In this document: piece after piece, positions 1-10,078 of the stretch
Position numbering within the stretch: position 1 is the stretch's first letter
Layout: the number at the start of each line of letters is the position of its first letter
Assembly: GCA_963743635.1 (NCBI GenBank)
Contig: CAVUQO010000003.1
Location: forward strand, 192,001-256,000
Origin: Candidatus Babeliales bacterium
GTDB taxonomy: Bacteria > Babelota > Babeliae > Babelales > Vermiphilaceae
Direction of reading: 5' to 3'
DNA: 64,000 nucleotides
Notes under the pieces: generated by a model
Seen by the model: the letters and a program-made list of their open reading frames with translations, nothing else
What the model was told of the DNA's origin: nothing
Databases searched by the model: none
Made by a program: the position numbers and the translations under genes

Positions 1-88
1 ATAGGGGGACCCGTAAAGCAAAGAGAAGACCACGCCCAAACACACCGTGTGTAGGCGGGTAAATGGCACGTTGCATCAATCTATCCGT

Positions 89-113
89 CCTTCGACGAGC
101 TCAGGATGAGCGG
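89..113 (+). repeat. REP-like palindromic unit (ccttcgacgagctcaggatgagcgg)
   Basis: The same CCTTCG..CTCAGG(R)YGA(R)CGG unit recurs at ~13113-13152 (reverse), 14057-14088, 23347-23409, 23664-23726, 40099-40138, 51772-51828 and 51981-52035. Confidence 0.75.
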
Positions 114-154
114 ACCGATGTACTATGGCGGGACTTATGAAGGAATCCAAATCC

Positions 155-898
155 ATGACTAAAAAAACTAAAGCACCTACAGGCGAACTTATATACGGTA
201 TGCATCCGGTTCTTGAGCTTCTCAAGGCAAAACGTCGCAAATTGATCGCAATTTATACCACCGACCCGGTGCCGCATGCCTGGGATCAATGTGAAAAGCT
301 GTTTCCAAAATATCCATTTAACATCCAATACGTAAAACGGGATGTGCTGACGCGCATGGCGGGCAATCCAGATCACCAAGGCATTATCGCCTGGACCCAA
401 GCATTTCCAATACGGACCAAGCCGTTCGACCCGGCAAAGCAACCATTCTTACTCATGCTTGATAGTATTCAGGATGTGGGGAATTTGGGCGCTATTTTGC
501 GTTCAGCATATTGTGCCGGGGTTGATGGAGTTGTGCTCTGTAAGAAAAATGCAGCGCCTTTGAATGCAGCAGCCTTTAAAGCGTCAGCAGGATTAGCAGA
601 ACATTTGGAAATATATGTTGCAGCCTCTCCTCAAGCAGCAGTCCAAGAACTTAAACAAGCGGGATACAATCTTTATATGGCGGCATTTGGCGGCAGCAAT
701 GCGGTTACTTGTTCATATGCCGGGCCATTGTGTCTGGTAATTGGTAGTGAAGGAACGGGTATAACCAAGAGCGTTCTTTCTCAAGGAACGCAAGTAACTT
801 TGCCGCAACGTACATCAGATATTTCGTATAATGCATCAGTTGCTGCGGGCATCTTGTTATTTTTGGTAGGAAATCAAATAGGTAAAATTTCCCTGTAA
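155..898 (+). CDS. rlmB: 23S rRNA 2'-O-ribose methyltransferase, TrmH/SpoU family (RlmB-like)
   Basis: IYGMHPVLE N-terminus, HQGI, LDSIQDVGNLGAILRSA, VIGSEGTGI and SYNASVAAGILLF SPOUT motifs; start could be 125 or 155. Confidence 0.88.
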   Translation: MTKKTKAPTGELIYGMHPVLELLKAKRRKLIAIYTTDPVPHAWDQCEKLFPKYPFNIQYVKRDVLTRMAGNPDHQGIIAWTQAFPIRTKPFDPAKQPFLLMLDSIQDVGNLGAILRSAYCAGVDGVVLCKKNAAPLNAAAFKASAGLAEHLEIYVAASPQAAVQELKQAGYNLYMAAFGGSNAVTCSYAGPLCLVIGSEGTGITKSVLSQGTQVTLPQRTSDISYNASVAAGILLFLVGNQIGKISL

Positions 899-951
899 TA
901 TCACGCGCATAGGTTTGTGCGTAGGGAATAGTGTCCATGGGAGGAATTCGT

Positions 952-1698
952 ATGGCTCGATATAGTGTAAAACACGCAGTACGCGTGATGTTGGTGAGTG
1001 GTAGTATTGCAAGCTCAATGTTTGCAATGGATGGTGGCGTAATGATTCAACGAAGTCCGCAGGAAAGTCCACAGTCTCAGGATGATTCGGGGGCTGCGTC
1101 GCCACATCTTCCGGCAACCTCTCGAATAGCAATGCGTCGCGGTTCTACTATGGGATTGGGGGTCGATTCTCAAAATCTTCGTAGAAGGCTTGCAGATTTA
1201 TCGGTGAAGAGCAGTGAAGGATCTTCTCCAACGGCAAGCCAATCAGCGGTCTATTACACTGAAAGAGATCGCTCTTTATCTGCTCCTGTTGGTCCTATTC
1301 TTTCTAGACTTGTTACTCCTCGATCTTCTACTCATCGGTCAGACAGTCCTCGGTGCGCTACCCCTCAAGGCATACTGCTTTCTTCTATAGGGCACGCGGT
1401 TCATGAAGTTCCTATGAAAAAACGTGAACTGTTGCCAGATGGATCGGAAGTAGAGCGGGTACGTATTTTCCCGGTGAATCAATTTTCATCGAGTAATATG
1501 GCAGGTGAGCTTGATGAGTATGCTACGATTCATTTGTGTGTGAACCCAAAAAACAAAACGTGTACAGTTCTGAAGATTGAGATGCATGATGATTATGTAG
1601 CGGCTGCATTGCCCTCAGACAAACAAGAAGCGTTTAAGCAAGATTTGATCAAAAGAGCTCTTGAGTTAGCAGCGGCAAAGCAAAAAGATTTAGAATAA
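952..1698 (+). CDS. Exported Ser/Pro-rich hypothetical protein
   Basis: GGAGG RBS before ATG 952; signal-like N-terminus ending SMFA|MDG; disordered S/P/R-rich middle. Confidence 0.7.
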   Translation: MARYSVKHAVRVMLVSGSIASSMFAMDGGVMIQRSPQESPQSQDDSGAASPHLPATSRIAMRRGSTMGLGVDSQNLRRRLADLSVKSSEGSSPTASQSAVYYTERDRSLSAPVGPILSRLVTPRSSTHRSDSPRCATPQGILLSSIGHAVHEVPMKKRELLPDGSEVERVRIFPVNQFSSSNMAGELDEYATIHLCVNPKNKTCTVLKIEMHDDYVAAALPSDKQEAFKQDLIKRALELAAAKQKDLE

Positions 1699-1873
1699 AA
1701 GGCGCGTGAGCTTGCGGCAGAATCCTTCGCATAATTCTCTCCTTCATCCTAAAAACTATCTGAAAATAATAGCGCTATTTCATACATAACTTAAATCTAT
1801 CCCCTAATTATTGACTTTACTATCGTAGAAACGGTAGAAACAAAATAAGATAAATAATGAGGGGATAGGGCAC

Positions 1874-2623
1874 ATGAAAATCACAAAAAAACATATTCGT
1901 CTGGTCGGTTACGTTGGCCTCTGTGGGGCAACGTATGCGCTGGCAATGTTTATCGGCAATGGTCTTTTTGGTGTGGAGCGTTATGCCCTGCGTGTTGACG
2001 ATCGTATTGTAACGTCCCTCAATGCTGAGCTTGCTGCTCATGTTCAAAACTTCACGTGCGGCCTTCGGGTGAGACCCGATATCAGCGCACAAGAAATTCA
2101 AAAACAGTTCCCATGGATTCAATCCGTTTCATTTCATCGCATTCCAACCAAAGAGATGCGGGTGGCGGTTATTGCGGATGATCCGCAGATAAAAGTAAAT
2201 ACAGGCGTTATTACGCATCATTTGCGAGTGCTTCCGGCGGTCACCTTTACGGTCACTGCGCTTTCTCAAATTCCTACTTTAGAAGTTAAATTTCCTCACG
2301 CTGAGCGACATGAGATTCCTGATTCGTTTGTTCCTCACGCAAAAACATTAACTGATCAGCGATTTTCTGCTTACACCATTACCTGGATTGATGAGTATTG
2401 TGCCCGACTGACTGATGCTGAGCAGCCTCACTTTTCTATTCTTTTTAATGCCTATTCGATACCTGACGAGGCAATGTTTGCACATTGCTTATCAATTAAA
2501 CAACAACTAGAAGAACGTGGATCTTTTGCGGGACGCAACAAGGGAACGCGCTGGGTTGCGGATGTACGATTTGAGCGTCAGGTAATTGTGTTTTCTGAGA
2601 AAGGGGGGATAGCACATGGTTAA
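1874..2623 (+). CDS. ftsQ: Cell division protein FtsQ/DivIB-like
   Basis: N-terminal TM, POTRA-like FPWIQSVSFHR segment, C-terminal ADVRFERQVIV; directly upstream of ftsA-ftsZ. Confidence 0.65.
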   Translation: MKITKKHIRLVGYVGLCGATYALAMFIGNGLFGVERYALRVDDRIVTSLNAELAAHVQNFTCGLRVRPDISAQEIQKQFPWIQSVSFHRIPTKEMRVAVIADDPQIKVNTGVITHHLRVLPAVTFTVTALSQIPTLEVKFPHAERHEIPDSFVPHAKTLTDQRFSAYTITWIDEYCARLTDAEQPHFSILFNAYSIPDEAMFAHCLSIKQQLEERGSFAGRNKGTRWVADVRFERQVIVFSEKGGIAHG

Positions 2624-3852
2624 GATTTATGCAGATCGAGTGAAGGTTTCAATTGATATTGGTACCACAAAAATTTGCGTTATCATTGCGCAGCAATTAG
2701 ATGCTGATCGCATTGAAGTGCTGGGTATGGGAAAGGCGCCATCGCATGGATTGAAAAAAGGGGTGGTTGTCGATATCGCGAAAACTATTCATTCTATCAA
2801 GCGAGCCGTGCAGGAAGCGGAGTTGATGGCGGGCATTAAAGTGGAATCGGCATACATCGGTATTTCCGGCGCGCATATTCATTCGCTTAATTCGCAGGGG
2901 CTTGCGCCGATTAAACATGGCGATGTTCGTGCAGCTGATATTGAGAATGTGCTTGCCTCAGCGCAGGCAATTCCGGTGCCAGAAGGGCAACAAATTTTGC
3001 ACGTTTTGCCACAATATTACATCATCGATGGCCATGAAAAGGTACAAGATCCTTTTGGTATGCATGGCATTCGTCTTGAAGTGGAAGCTCATATTATTTT
3101 GGGTGCTGTTTCTTCTGTACAAAATTTAGTGAAATGTTGTGAATCTGCCGGCGTAAAAGTTGCCGACGTCGTCTTAGAGCAACTTGCATCGGCAGCCGCG
3201 GTACTCAGCGATGACGAGCGTGAGCTTGGCGTTGGGGTTCTTGATATTGGTGGTGGTACTGCCGATCTTGCATTATACCAGCATGGCAGTATTCGACATA
3301 CGATGGTTCTCGCGGTAGCGGGTAATCATTTTACCAATGACATTGCTATTGGATTGCGCACTACGCTTGAAGATGCAGAACGCGTCAAGCGAGAATATGG
3401 ACTTGCGAGCATTAAATTGCTTGAGCATGATGAACCGATTGAGATTGAAATGGTTCAAGGAAATGCGCGTAATACTGTGCAGCGTTCTGAGCTTATTCAC
3501 ATTATTGAGCCTCGTACGCGCGAACTGTTGAGTTTGGTGCATGAAGAGCTTATCAAGCGCAAGTTACTTTCATTTGTGCCTTCCGGAATGGTAATTACCG
3601 GTGGTGGATCATTGCTTAAGGGAATTAAGGAAGTGGCAGAAGAAACTTTCAATATGCCGGTGCGTCATTGGTGTGCCTCGCATAGATTATGATTTGCCTG
3701 AATCGCTTCACAGTCCAATCTATGCAACCGGGTATGGATTACTCGTACATGCGTTGAAAAAAGAAAAGCTGAGTAGTGTGCATGCGGTGGGTGGTCCATT
3801 GTTGCTGCGCATTGCAGAGCGGATGAAATCATGGGTATCAGATTTTTTCTAG
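2616..3852 (+). CDS. ftsA: Cell division protein FtsA (apparent +1 frameshift at ~3665)
   Basis: IDIGTTKI, GLKKGVVVDI, LDIGGGT, VITGGGS; C-terminal IGVP..YATGYGLL..MKSWVSDFF continues in another frame (3601-3852). Confidence 0.93.
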
Positions 3853-3887
3853 AATTGATAACGGAGTATTAAAAAAGGGAGAACGGT

Positions 3888-5218
3888 ATGATAGAATTTA
3901 AAGTAGATGACCAACCAAAACAAAAAGTTTCCATCAAAGTTATTGGTGTGGGTGGTGCTGGCGGTAATGCGGTTAAAAGAATTATCGAATCTGGGTTACA
4001 TGATAGCATTGAATGCATTGTAGTGAATACGGATGCGCAAGCGCTTGAATTATCAATAGTGCCAACCAAGGTGCAAATTGGTGTTAAATCTGCAAAAGGG
4101 TTGGGAACTGGTGCAAATCCTGAGCTCGGTAAACGAGCAGCAGAAGAAGATATGGATAAAATTTTAGAAGCAGTTGGCAGTGCAGATATTGTGTTCTTAG
4201 CTGCAGGTATGGGCGGCGGTACTGGTTCTGGTGCATTACCGGTTATTGCGCATGCATTGCGTGAAAAAGGTATCTTAACCATTGCGATTGTAACCAAGCC
4301 GTTTGTGTTTGAAGGTAAGCGCCGTATGAAAGTTGCGCAAGATGCAACTGAAGTGGTGCGCAAAGAAGTTGATACGCTTATCGTGATGCCAAATCAAAAC
4401 TTACTCAGCGTCGCTGATAAAAATGTTTCTATGATCGATGCATTTGCAATGATCAATGATGTATTGACGCAATCGGTTAAGGGCATTTCAGATATTATCA
4501 CCAATCCTGGTCATATTAACGTTGACTGCGCAGACGTACGCGCAATCATGAAAGATCAAGGTATTGCAGTTATGGGTACTGGTAGAGCAACGGGCGGTGC
4601 AGGGCGTGGCCGTGAAGCTGCATTGCAAGCAACCTCTTCACCATTACTTGAAAACATGACCATTGAAGGTGCGCATAGTGTTCTGTTAATATTACTGGTG
4701 GCCTCAATCTTGGATTGCATGATATTAGTGATGCAGCATCGGTTATTTACGAACAAGCGCATGAAGATGCGAATATCATTCTCGGTTCAGTCATTGATGA
4801 AGCAATGGGCGATGAGATCTCAGTAACTATTATCGCAACCGGTTTTAAACCAAAAGAGAAGAAAGAGCTTGCTGCAAAGGATGATAAAGCGCCAGCGCGT
4901 AATGAACAAGCGCAATCTGAATCAGTGATCCGCGGATCAGTGCTTGATGCGTACGTTGGTTTCCAAGAAGCTCAGGAAGTGCAAAAAATAGAAGCAGCCT
5001 CTGCGCAAGAGATAGCAGAAACAGTTCTTGAAAAAGAGGTGGTGGTGCCAGTGGAGGCAGCTCCGCAGGCAGCAATTTCTTTGGCAACAAAGGAAGCGGT
5101 TAAGGAAGCGGTTGCCGAGTACGCAACGCATGATATTGGCTATGAACGCTCTGAAGCATTACTGGATCTTGATGTGCCTACTTATTTACGCAAACAACAA
5201 CAAGAAGAACAACTGTAA
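3888..5218 (+). CDS. ftsZ: Cell division protein FtsZ (apparent -1 frameshift at ~4688)
   Basis: IKVIGVGGAGGNAV and GGGTGSG tubulin signature; NITGG..TIIATGF and terminal LDVPTYLRK peptide lie in the second frame (4715-5218). Confidence 0.95.
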
Positions 5219-5240
5219 CGTATAATTCCAGACTAAAAGC

Positions 5241-5280
5241 GCACCGCATTGAACTTTCGGTTTAATGCGGTGCTATTTTT
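5241..5280. terminator. Rho-independent terminator between convergent genes
   Basis: gcaccgcattgaac-tttcg-gtttaatgcggtgc stem followed by a T run. Confidence 0.75.
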
Positions 5281-5285
5281 ATCGC

Positions 5286-5897
5286 CTATTTCTTTTTCTT
5301 AGCCTTTATCGCCGCCGACTGAGCCACTCTAAAATCATAGAGATGCATTGTAAGGTGCGCATCTTCGCTCGATTTTGGGGTGATTACAACGTATGAGTTT
5401 GGTTGTATGGTCTTTGCATAGGCTGCAGCCTGCAATGTCTCTTTGTGTATGTCGGCTTCGTTTATGAGTTCGGGAAATTCTTCTACTCCCATAATCATAC
5501 CTTTGATTTCTTTATAACTGCCTGTGGCTCCTTTAGAAACTGAAAACTTTGACTTGAGGGGGAGCAGAGGAGTGAGAATACGATTTTTTTGAGCATCCAA
5601 CCCAACAAAAAGCCACCCTCTTGAATCTTTATACGCTTCTATGGGCGTTAATTGTTGCCGTGAGGGGACGATCGAGCTAAGGGTTGCCGCTAAGGAAGTT
5701 TGATTGGAGTTGGTCATAATCGTATTTTTGTGATGCGGAGCTATTTTGACCGATTTTACCGCTTTTTTTTGCGACCCATTCACGCTCAAGAGTGCTTCTT
5801 TGTCGGTTGCATTCATGATATTGAGTTTCATGGTTTTCCCCATAAGTGGCCCCATCCAGAGTCCAGTGATCAGTATGGCGAGTACTTTAGTATTCAT
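5286..5897 (-). CDS. Exported hypothetical protein
   Basis: 203-aa ORF with AGGAG RBS and N-terminal signal-like segment. Confidence 0.65.
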   Translation of the reverse strand: MNTKVLAILITGLWMGPLMGKTMKLNIMNATDKEALLSVNGSQKKAVKSVKIAPHHKNTIMTNSNQTSLAATLSSIVPSRQQLTPIEAYKDSRGWLFVGLDAQKNRILTPLLPLKSKFSVSKGATGSYKEIKGMIMGVEEFPELINEADIHKETLQAAAYAKTIQPNSYVVITPKSSEDAHLTMHLYDFRVAQSAAIKAKKKK

Positions 5898-6081
5898 ATA
5901 ATCCTTCTCCTTTTTATAGTCCCTATTTAGCTCGATCGTAGCATATTGATATTTCAGTTTGCAACAATAGTGTGATTTTTGTTTAAAAAGCCGAAGGTTG
6001 CCTATTTTTACATTTGTGCCTTTATGTGCTATTATCAGAGTGATTTGTATTAATTCCTCCTTAATTTTAAAGGATCTTCAT

Positions 6082-6474
6082 ATGATTAAGCACAAAACGA
6101 CCCTGATGGCTTTCCTCATGGCGGCATTTCTAGCCCAACCCCTACAAACTCATGCGGATGCTTCATTTACAAGCAAAATTGTCTCGTCTCTTAATGACAT
6201 TCCAACGTTTATCAAGGTTGGTGGTGCCTTTGCGACTGTTGCCTTAGCAGCTGCTGCATACCGTTATTACATTGCAAAATATGGTCCAACGCAGGCAAAT
6301 GCAGGACAGGCAAATGGCGCAAACCCTACTTTTTTCACCGCCCCTTCTACTGTGACGTCTCCAACTACAACCTTTTCTAAATCTGAACCAAAGCAAGCAG
6401 TTGCGGAAACTCCATATGTTTCGCCATATCAAGCAGGTTTTGATGAATGGATATCAGTCGGGTGCCCAAGCTAA
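6082..6474 (+). CDS. Exported/membrane hypothetical protein (LAQP family 1)
   Basis: Signal peptide with FLAQPLQTHA, then a second hydrophobic segment. Confidence 0.65.
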   Translation: MIKHKTTLMAFLMAAFLAQPLQTHADASFTSKIVSSLNDIPTFIKVGGAFATVALAAAAYRYYIAKYGPTQANAGQANGANPTFFTAPSTVTSPTTTFSKSEPKQAVAETPYVSPYQAGFDEWISVGCPS

Positions 6475-6583
6475 AAAAGTAATAATCTAAATATGGGGAG
6501 GTCTTTGGCGAAGTAGAATAAACAGCTATAATTGACGATATGTGTATTAATAGTAAGACCCTAGCTTAAAAAGGGATATTTAT

Positions 6584-7717
6584 ATGATTACTCAACGCGC
6601 AAAAATTATACTAGCCATCGCAGTGATGCTTGCTCAACCTCTCCAGGCCGATAAAGATAACCTCAGTCCATTAAAGGTTGCGGGAATTATTGGCGGTGCC
6701 GTTGCACTCGGATGCGGAATCGTAGCAGGTATCGATTATTTATCTACCCCCTCAGATCAACGATTGATCGAAAAAGCAGAAAGCGCAGAGGAATATGCGC
6801 AGAATCAATATGGATCTATAACATCTTATTTGTATTCACAGCATTATGCAGCCAAGAATGATGTTCTGCGCACCATCGCTCATAATCATATTCATGAATC
6901 AGTCCACGCATATGTGCGGGGGATGAAAGATGCATTACATAACGTCAGTAAGGCGCGCAGAAATTTGAGCGATCGCATGCATCGCCTAGATCGTAAAGGC
7001 GAGCGCTACAATCATGACTATCGCATCATGGAAGAATATGAAAGCAGTCTTGCTCAGTTAGAAACATCGTTGCGTAAAAGCAGTGATTACCTTGAGCAGC
7101 ACAGCGGATATTTTAACCTATCGGCACGATTTGACGAATTAGACCGATATTATGCAGATGTTCTAACCATAGTCGATCGCTATGGGCACAACCGTGTATC
7201 ATTAGCTCAGTATATGCGAGAGCATATTGCATTGAGCGGTTCGCTTTCTCGCGATACCTATCCCACTATTTCGTACGTTGAAACCTTAAATGATAAAATT
7301 CGTGCACTTGAGCAGGCAATAAAAGCATGCAAAGTTTCCGGTGATCTTGTTACGCAGGCGAGTTCATTGCAGAGTAAGTTGAGCCAGATTCGCTCAGTCT
7401 TATTAGCAGATGATCGTTATGTGTATGAAGTGCAGGAGCGCGAACGAGCACGGCGCGAAGAAGAAAGAATGCGCCTTGAGCGAGAACGTATCGCTGCTGA
7501 GCAACGCCGTGCAGAAGCTGCGCAGCGTCAAGCGTACGCGGCAGAATGTCAAAATCGTGAAATGGCGCGTCAAAATGATCTCTTGCGCGAACAGATTCGT
7601 GAACAAAATCGCATAGACCGCGACTGTTATTATCGGCATAGACATTGCAGCTACCGCTCGTGCTGCTGTGATCAGGTAGACACGTGTCCGGTCATTAAAG
7701 TTGAATTTATGTACTAG
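6584..7717 (+). CDS. Exported/membrane helical protein with coiled coil and Cys-rich tail (LAQP family 2)
   Basis: Signal MLAQPLQA, TM segment, E/R-rich coiled coil, C-terminal CYYRHRHCSYRSCCC. Confidence 0.75.
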   Translation: MITQRAKIILAIAVMLAQPLQADKDNLSPLKVAGIIGGAVALGCGIVAGIDYLSTPSDQRLIEKAESAEEYAQNQYGSITSYLYSQHYAAKNDVLRTIAHNHIHESVHAYVRGMKDALHNVSKARRNLSDRMHRLDRKGERYNHDYRIMEEYESSLAQLETSLRKSSDYLEQHSGYFNLSARFDELDRYYADVLTIVDRYGHNRVSLAQYMREHIALSGSLSRDTYPTISYVETLNDKIRALEQAIKACKVSGDLVTQASSLQSKLSQIRSVLLADDRYVYEVQERERARREEERMRLERERIAAEQRRAEAAQRQAYAAECQNREMARQNDLLREQIREQNRIDRDCYYRHRHCSYRSCCCDQVDTCPVIKVEFMY

Positions 7718-7773
7718 GGTCTATTGTATTTATCATTAGATACATGGAAAGAGCGCTGAATATATAATATACT

Positions 7774-7807
7774 GGGGTTCGTTGAATATTCACGAACCCC
7801 TTTTTTT
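7774..7807 (+). terminator. Rho-independent terminator-like hairpin
   Basis: ggggttcgt...acgaacccc followed by T7. Confidence 0.6.
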
Positions 7808-7818
7808 AGGATTATAGA

Positions 7819-8835
7819 ATGATGAGAAAAACAAGTTCGCTATTTTTCGCCTTGGCAATGCTCGCTCAACCAGTACGCATGTATGCTGAAAGAGAGTGGG
7901 GATTTTGGGATTATGTTGCGGCTGGTGCGGCAGCAGGGGCAGCAGTTTGGGTTGTGACCAGTGATTCTGAATCAACCGAAACAAAACTTGCACGGGAGAC
8001 ATCTCCCTCAACATCTGCATATTCCACTTCGACTACCAACGGACTTCAAAACTATGTCTATAGCGCACATAACCGCGCAAATTCAGTTTTAGCACCAAGT
8101 GCAGCTTTAGTGCAGACTATGCAGTCTACTCAACTGCGTGATGAAGAAAAATTGCGCGCTATCGCACAAAGTGAAGGGACGCTGCCTGCTAAGAAAGCAT
8201 TAATTTATAGTCAAATCAACCACATAGATAATGTATCTCAAGATATAGTTGATGAATGCAGGCGTCAGTTTGAATACACGGGCAACATAGGCCGAGGCGG
8301 TTGTGTGGTTGCATTGCGCGCGATCACCGATACGCTTACAGCATCAAAATCAAGTTTGAGAGAAGCTCCTGGATTTATCGATCGTCATGCTCACTATTTT
8401 AAATATGCAGAACGCGAAGCGCAGTTACGCAAAGTGTATGCGGATGTTATTGCAGCATCGAATAGTTATGCTCCGACCTATCACATTGTGCAGCAAGAAG
8501 TGAATATTATTAAAGCGCAAGGCAAATCAGACTTTTCGGTTCTTTTCTTTGTCGACGAACTTGAAGCCAATATGGAGAATCTCAAAAAAGATATTGATGC
8601 AGGGCAGCAGTACAGTCGCTTGACTAATAGCGCGACCTCTTTATACCGTTCGCTTGCGGTTATTAAAGAAGCTCTTGAGCAAAGTGCCGTATATAAACTG
8701 GAAAATCGTAAGTTTGATGAAGAGTGTGAGCGTAGAAGAAATGGAACGCAGGCACAATTTGAAAGAAACCATAAAAACTGTAGTCCTCAGTGGTGCTATC
8801 ATGGATGCAATTCGTATTGCCCGCGCTGGCACTAA
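7819..8835 (+). CDS. Exported/membrane helical protein with Cys-rich tail (LAQP family 3)
   Basis: Signal MLAQPVRMYA, TM segment, similar to 6584-7717 (H..YF, ..VY.DV), tail CSPQWCYHGCNSYC. Confidence 0.75.
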   Translation: MMRKTSSLFFALAMLAQPVRMYAEREWGFWDYVAAGAAAGAAVWVVTSDSESTETKLARETSPSTSAYSTSTTNGLQNYVYSAHNRANSVLAPSAALVQTMQSTQLRDEEKLRAIAQSEGTLPAKKALIYSQINHIDNVSQDIVDECRRQFEYTGNIGRGGCVVALRAITDTLTASKSSLREAPGFIDRHAHYFKYAEREAQLRKVYADVIAASNSYAPTYHIVQQEVNIIKAQGKSDFSVLFFVDELEANMENLKKDIDAGQQYSRLTNSATSLYRSLAVIKEALEQSAVYKLENRKFDEECERRRNGTQAQFERNHKNCSPQWCYHGCNSYCPRWH

Positions 8836-8851
8836 ATACCGAAAGTAACGT

Positions 8852-9232
8852 ATGAAATTTCACTTTTATAGTGCGCTTATATTGATTTCATCCACGGTTT
8901 ATGCGATGGATGAAGTTAGATCATCGGTGCCATCTAAAAGAGAAAAAAAGGTGAGATTCGATGAGAGTAAAAATAAAGTACATGTGGTAGAGAAAAATAT
9001 TGCTGTTCCTGAGCGCATGACTCGGGCTCAATATATGGAGCATGTGCGCGTTGGGGCTGAGAAATTGGCAGAACAGGAAGCGGCACGTAAGGCTCCTTGT
9101 ATTTTTCAGCTAAGCACGATTCAGGAAGAAGAGAGTCCGGCAACTCCTCAATTGCCTCGAAGAAAAGTGCAAGCATATGATATCGATTCCATGATGGATA
9201 GGATGCAAACGGTAGGTCTTGGTAAAAAGTAA
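8852..9232 (+). CDS. Small exported protein with RVxF (KKVRF) motif
   Basis: Signal peptide ending TVYA|MDE; KKVRFDESKNKVHVV. Confidence 0.7.
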   Translation: MKFHFYSALILISSTVYAMDEVRSSVPSKREKKVRFDESKNKVHVVEKNIAVPERMTRAQYMEHVRVGAEKLAEQEAARKAPCIFQLSTIQEEESPATPQLPRRKVQAYDIDSMMDRMQTVGLGKK

Positions 9233-9234
9233 CT

Positions 9235-9966
9235 ATGATTATTCATTCTAATCCATTATTCACCATTTATTTTGGCAATGCTCAAGATAAACTCAATCAA
9301 GACGATTATCTCAAGCTTTCTCCCGAAACTAAGTTGCTCTCAGAGCCATCTTTTGAGCATATGAAAGATAAGCTCGGGATCGAATCCCTTATCTTTTTAA
9401 AGCAAATCCATAAAAATACTGGTTATGTGGTGACGCTAGAAATGCGTTCTTTTTTAGAGCGCCCCTTTGCAGTTGAAGGTGATTATTTATTAACCGACCT
9501 TCCCGGCATTGGTATTGGCATTATGACTGCTGATTGTTTGCCAATTATTATTCATGATACGCGCAACAATGCGATTGCTGCTATTCATGCCGGATGGCGT
9601 GGATCCGTAGAGCATATTGCGCAGCGTGCATTTTTACGGATGCAGGAAGCCTATGGAACGCGTGGCGTTGATATTCGCGTCTTTTTTGGTCCATCTGCGC
9701 AGCCATGTTGCTATGAGGTTGGTGAATCGGTTATTGCCTATCGAAATACCGATCTCTTGCTATCAGACTCATTAATAGAACATAATGGAACTGTGTATTT
9801 TAATATTGCTCGCTATAATGCCCTGCAATTTATGGATTTGGGAGTGCCTAAACTTGCATTTCACATGAACTATAATACGTGCACGATATGCGATGTGCGG
9901 TTATGCTCCTATCGACGTGACGGAAAAAGCCCGTATCGGCAAATGACAGTGGTTGCATTACGTTAG
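9235..9966 (+). CDS. pgeF: Peptidoglycan editing factor PgeF / YfiH laccase-like (Cu-oxidase_4)
   Basis: QIH, TADCLPI, AIHAGWRG, GPSAQPCCYEVG, CT.C, SYRR motifs. Confidence 0.9.
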   Translation: MIIHSNPLFTIYFGNAQDKLNQDDYLKLSPETKLLSEPSFEHMKDKLGIESLIFLKQIHKNTGYVVTLEMRSFLERPFAVEGDYLLTDLPGIGIGIMTADCLPIIIHDTRNNAIAAIHAGWRGSVEHIAQRAFLRMQEAYGTRGVDIRVFFGPSAQPCCYEVGESVIAYRNTDLLLSDSLIEHNGTVYFNIARYNALQFMDLGVPKLAFHMNYNTCTICDVRLCSYRRDGKSPYRQMTVVALR

Positions 9967-10078
9967 TATAAGAGTGGTATTTTGGCACATTTTTGACTAT
10001 ACTAACTAATATCGGTACGTTACGTTAAAGAGCCATAAAAATCGGGCAATTTAGAGAGTTTAGAAATCGGGATAAATC

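Noticed and set aside
1..70. Hairpin cgcccaaacacaccgtgtgtaggcg at the window start, possibly the end of an ncRNA
   Set aside because: Truncated by the window edge and no recognisable family motif
3660..4700. Programmed frameshifting in ftsA or ftsZ
   Set aside because: No slippery heptamer or stimulatory structure seen; sequencing indels are more parsimonious
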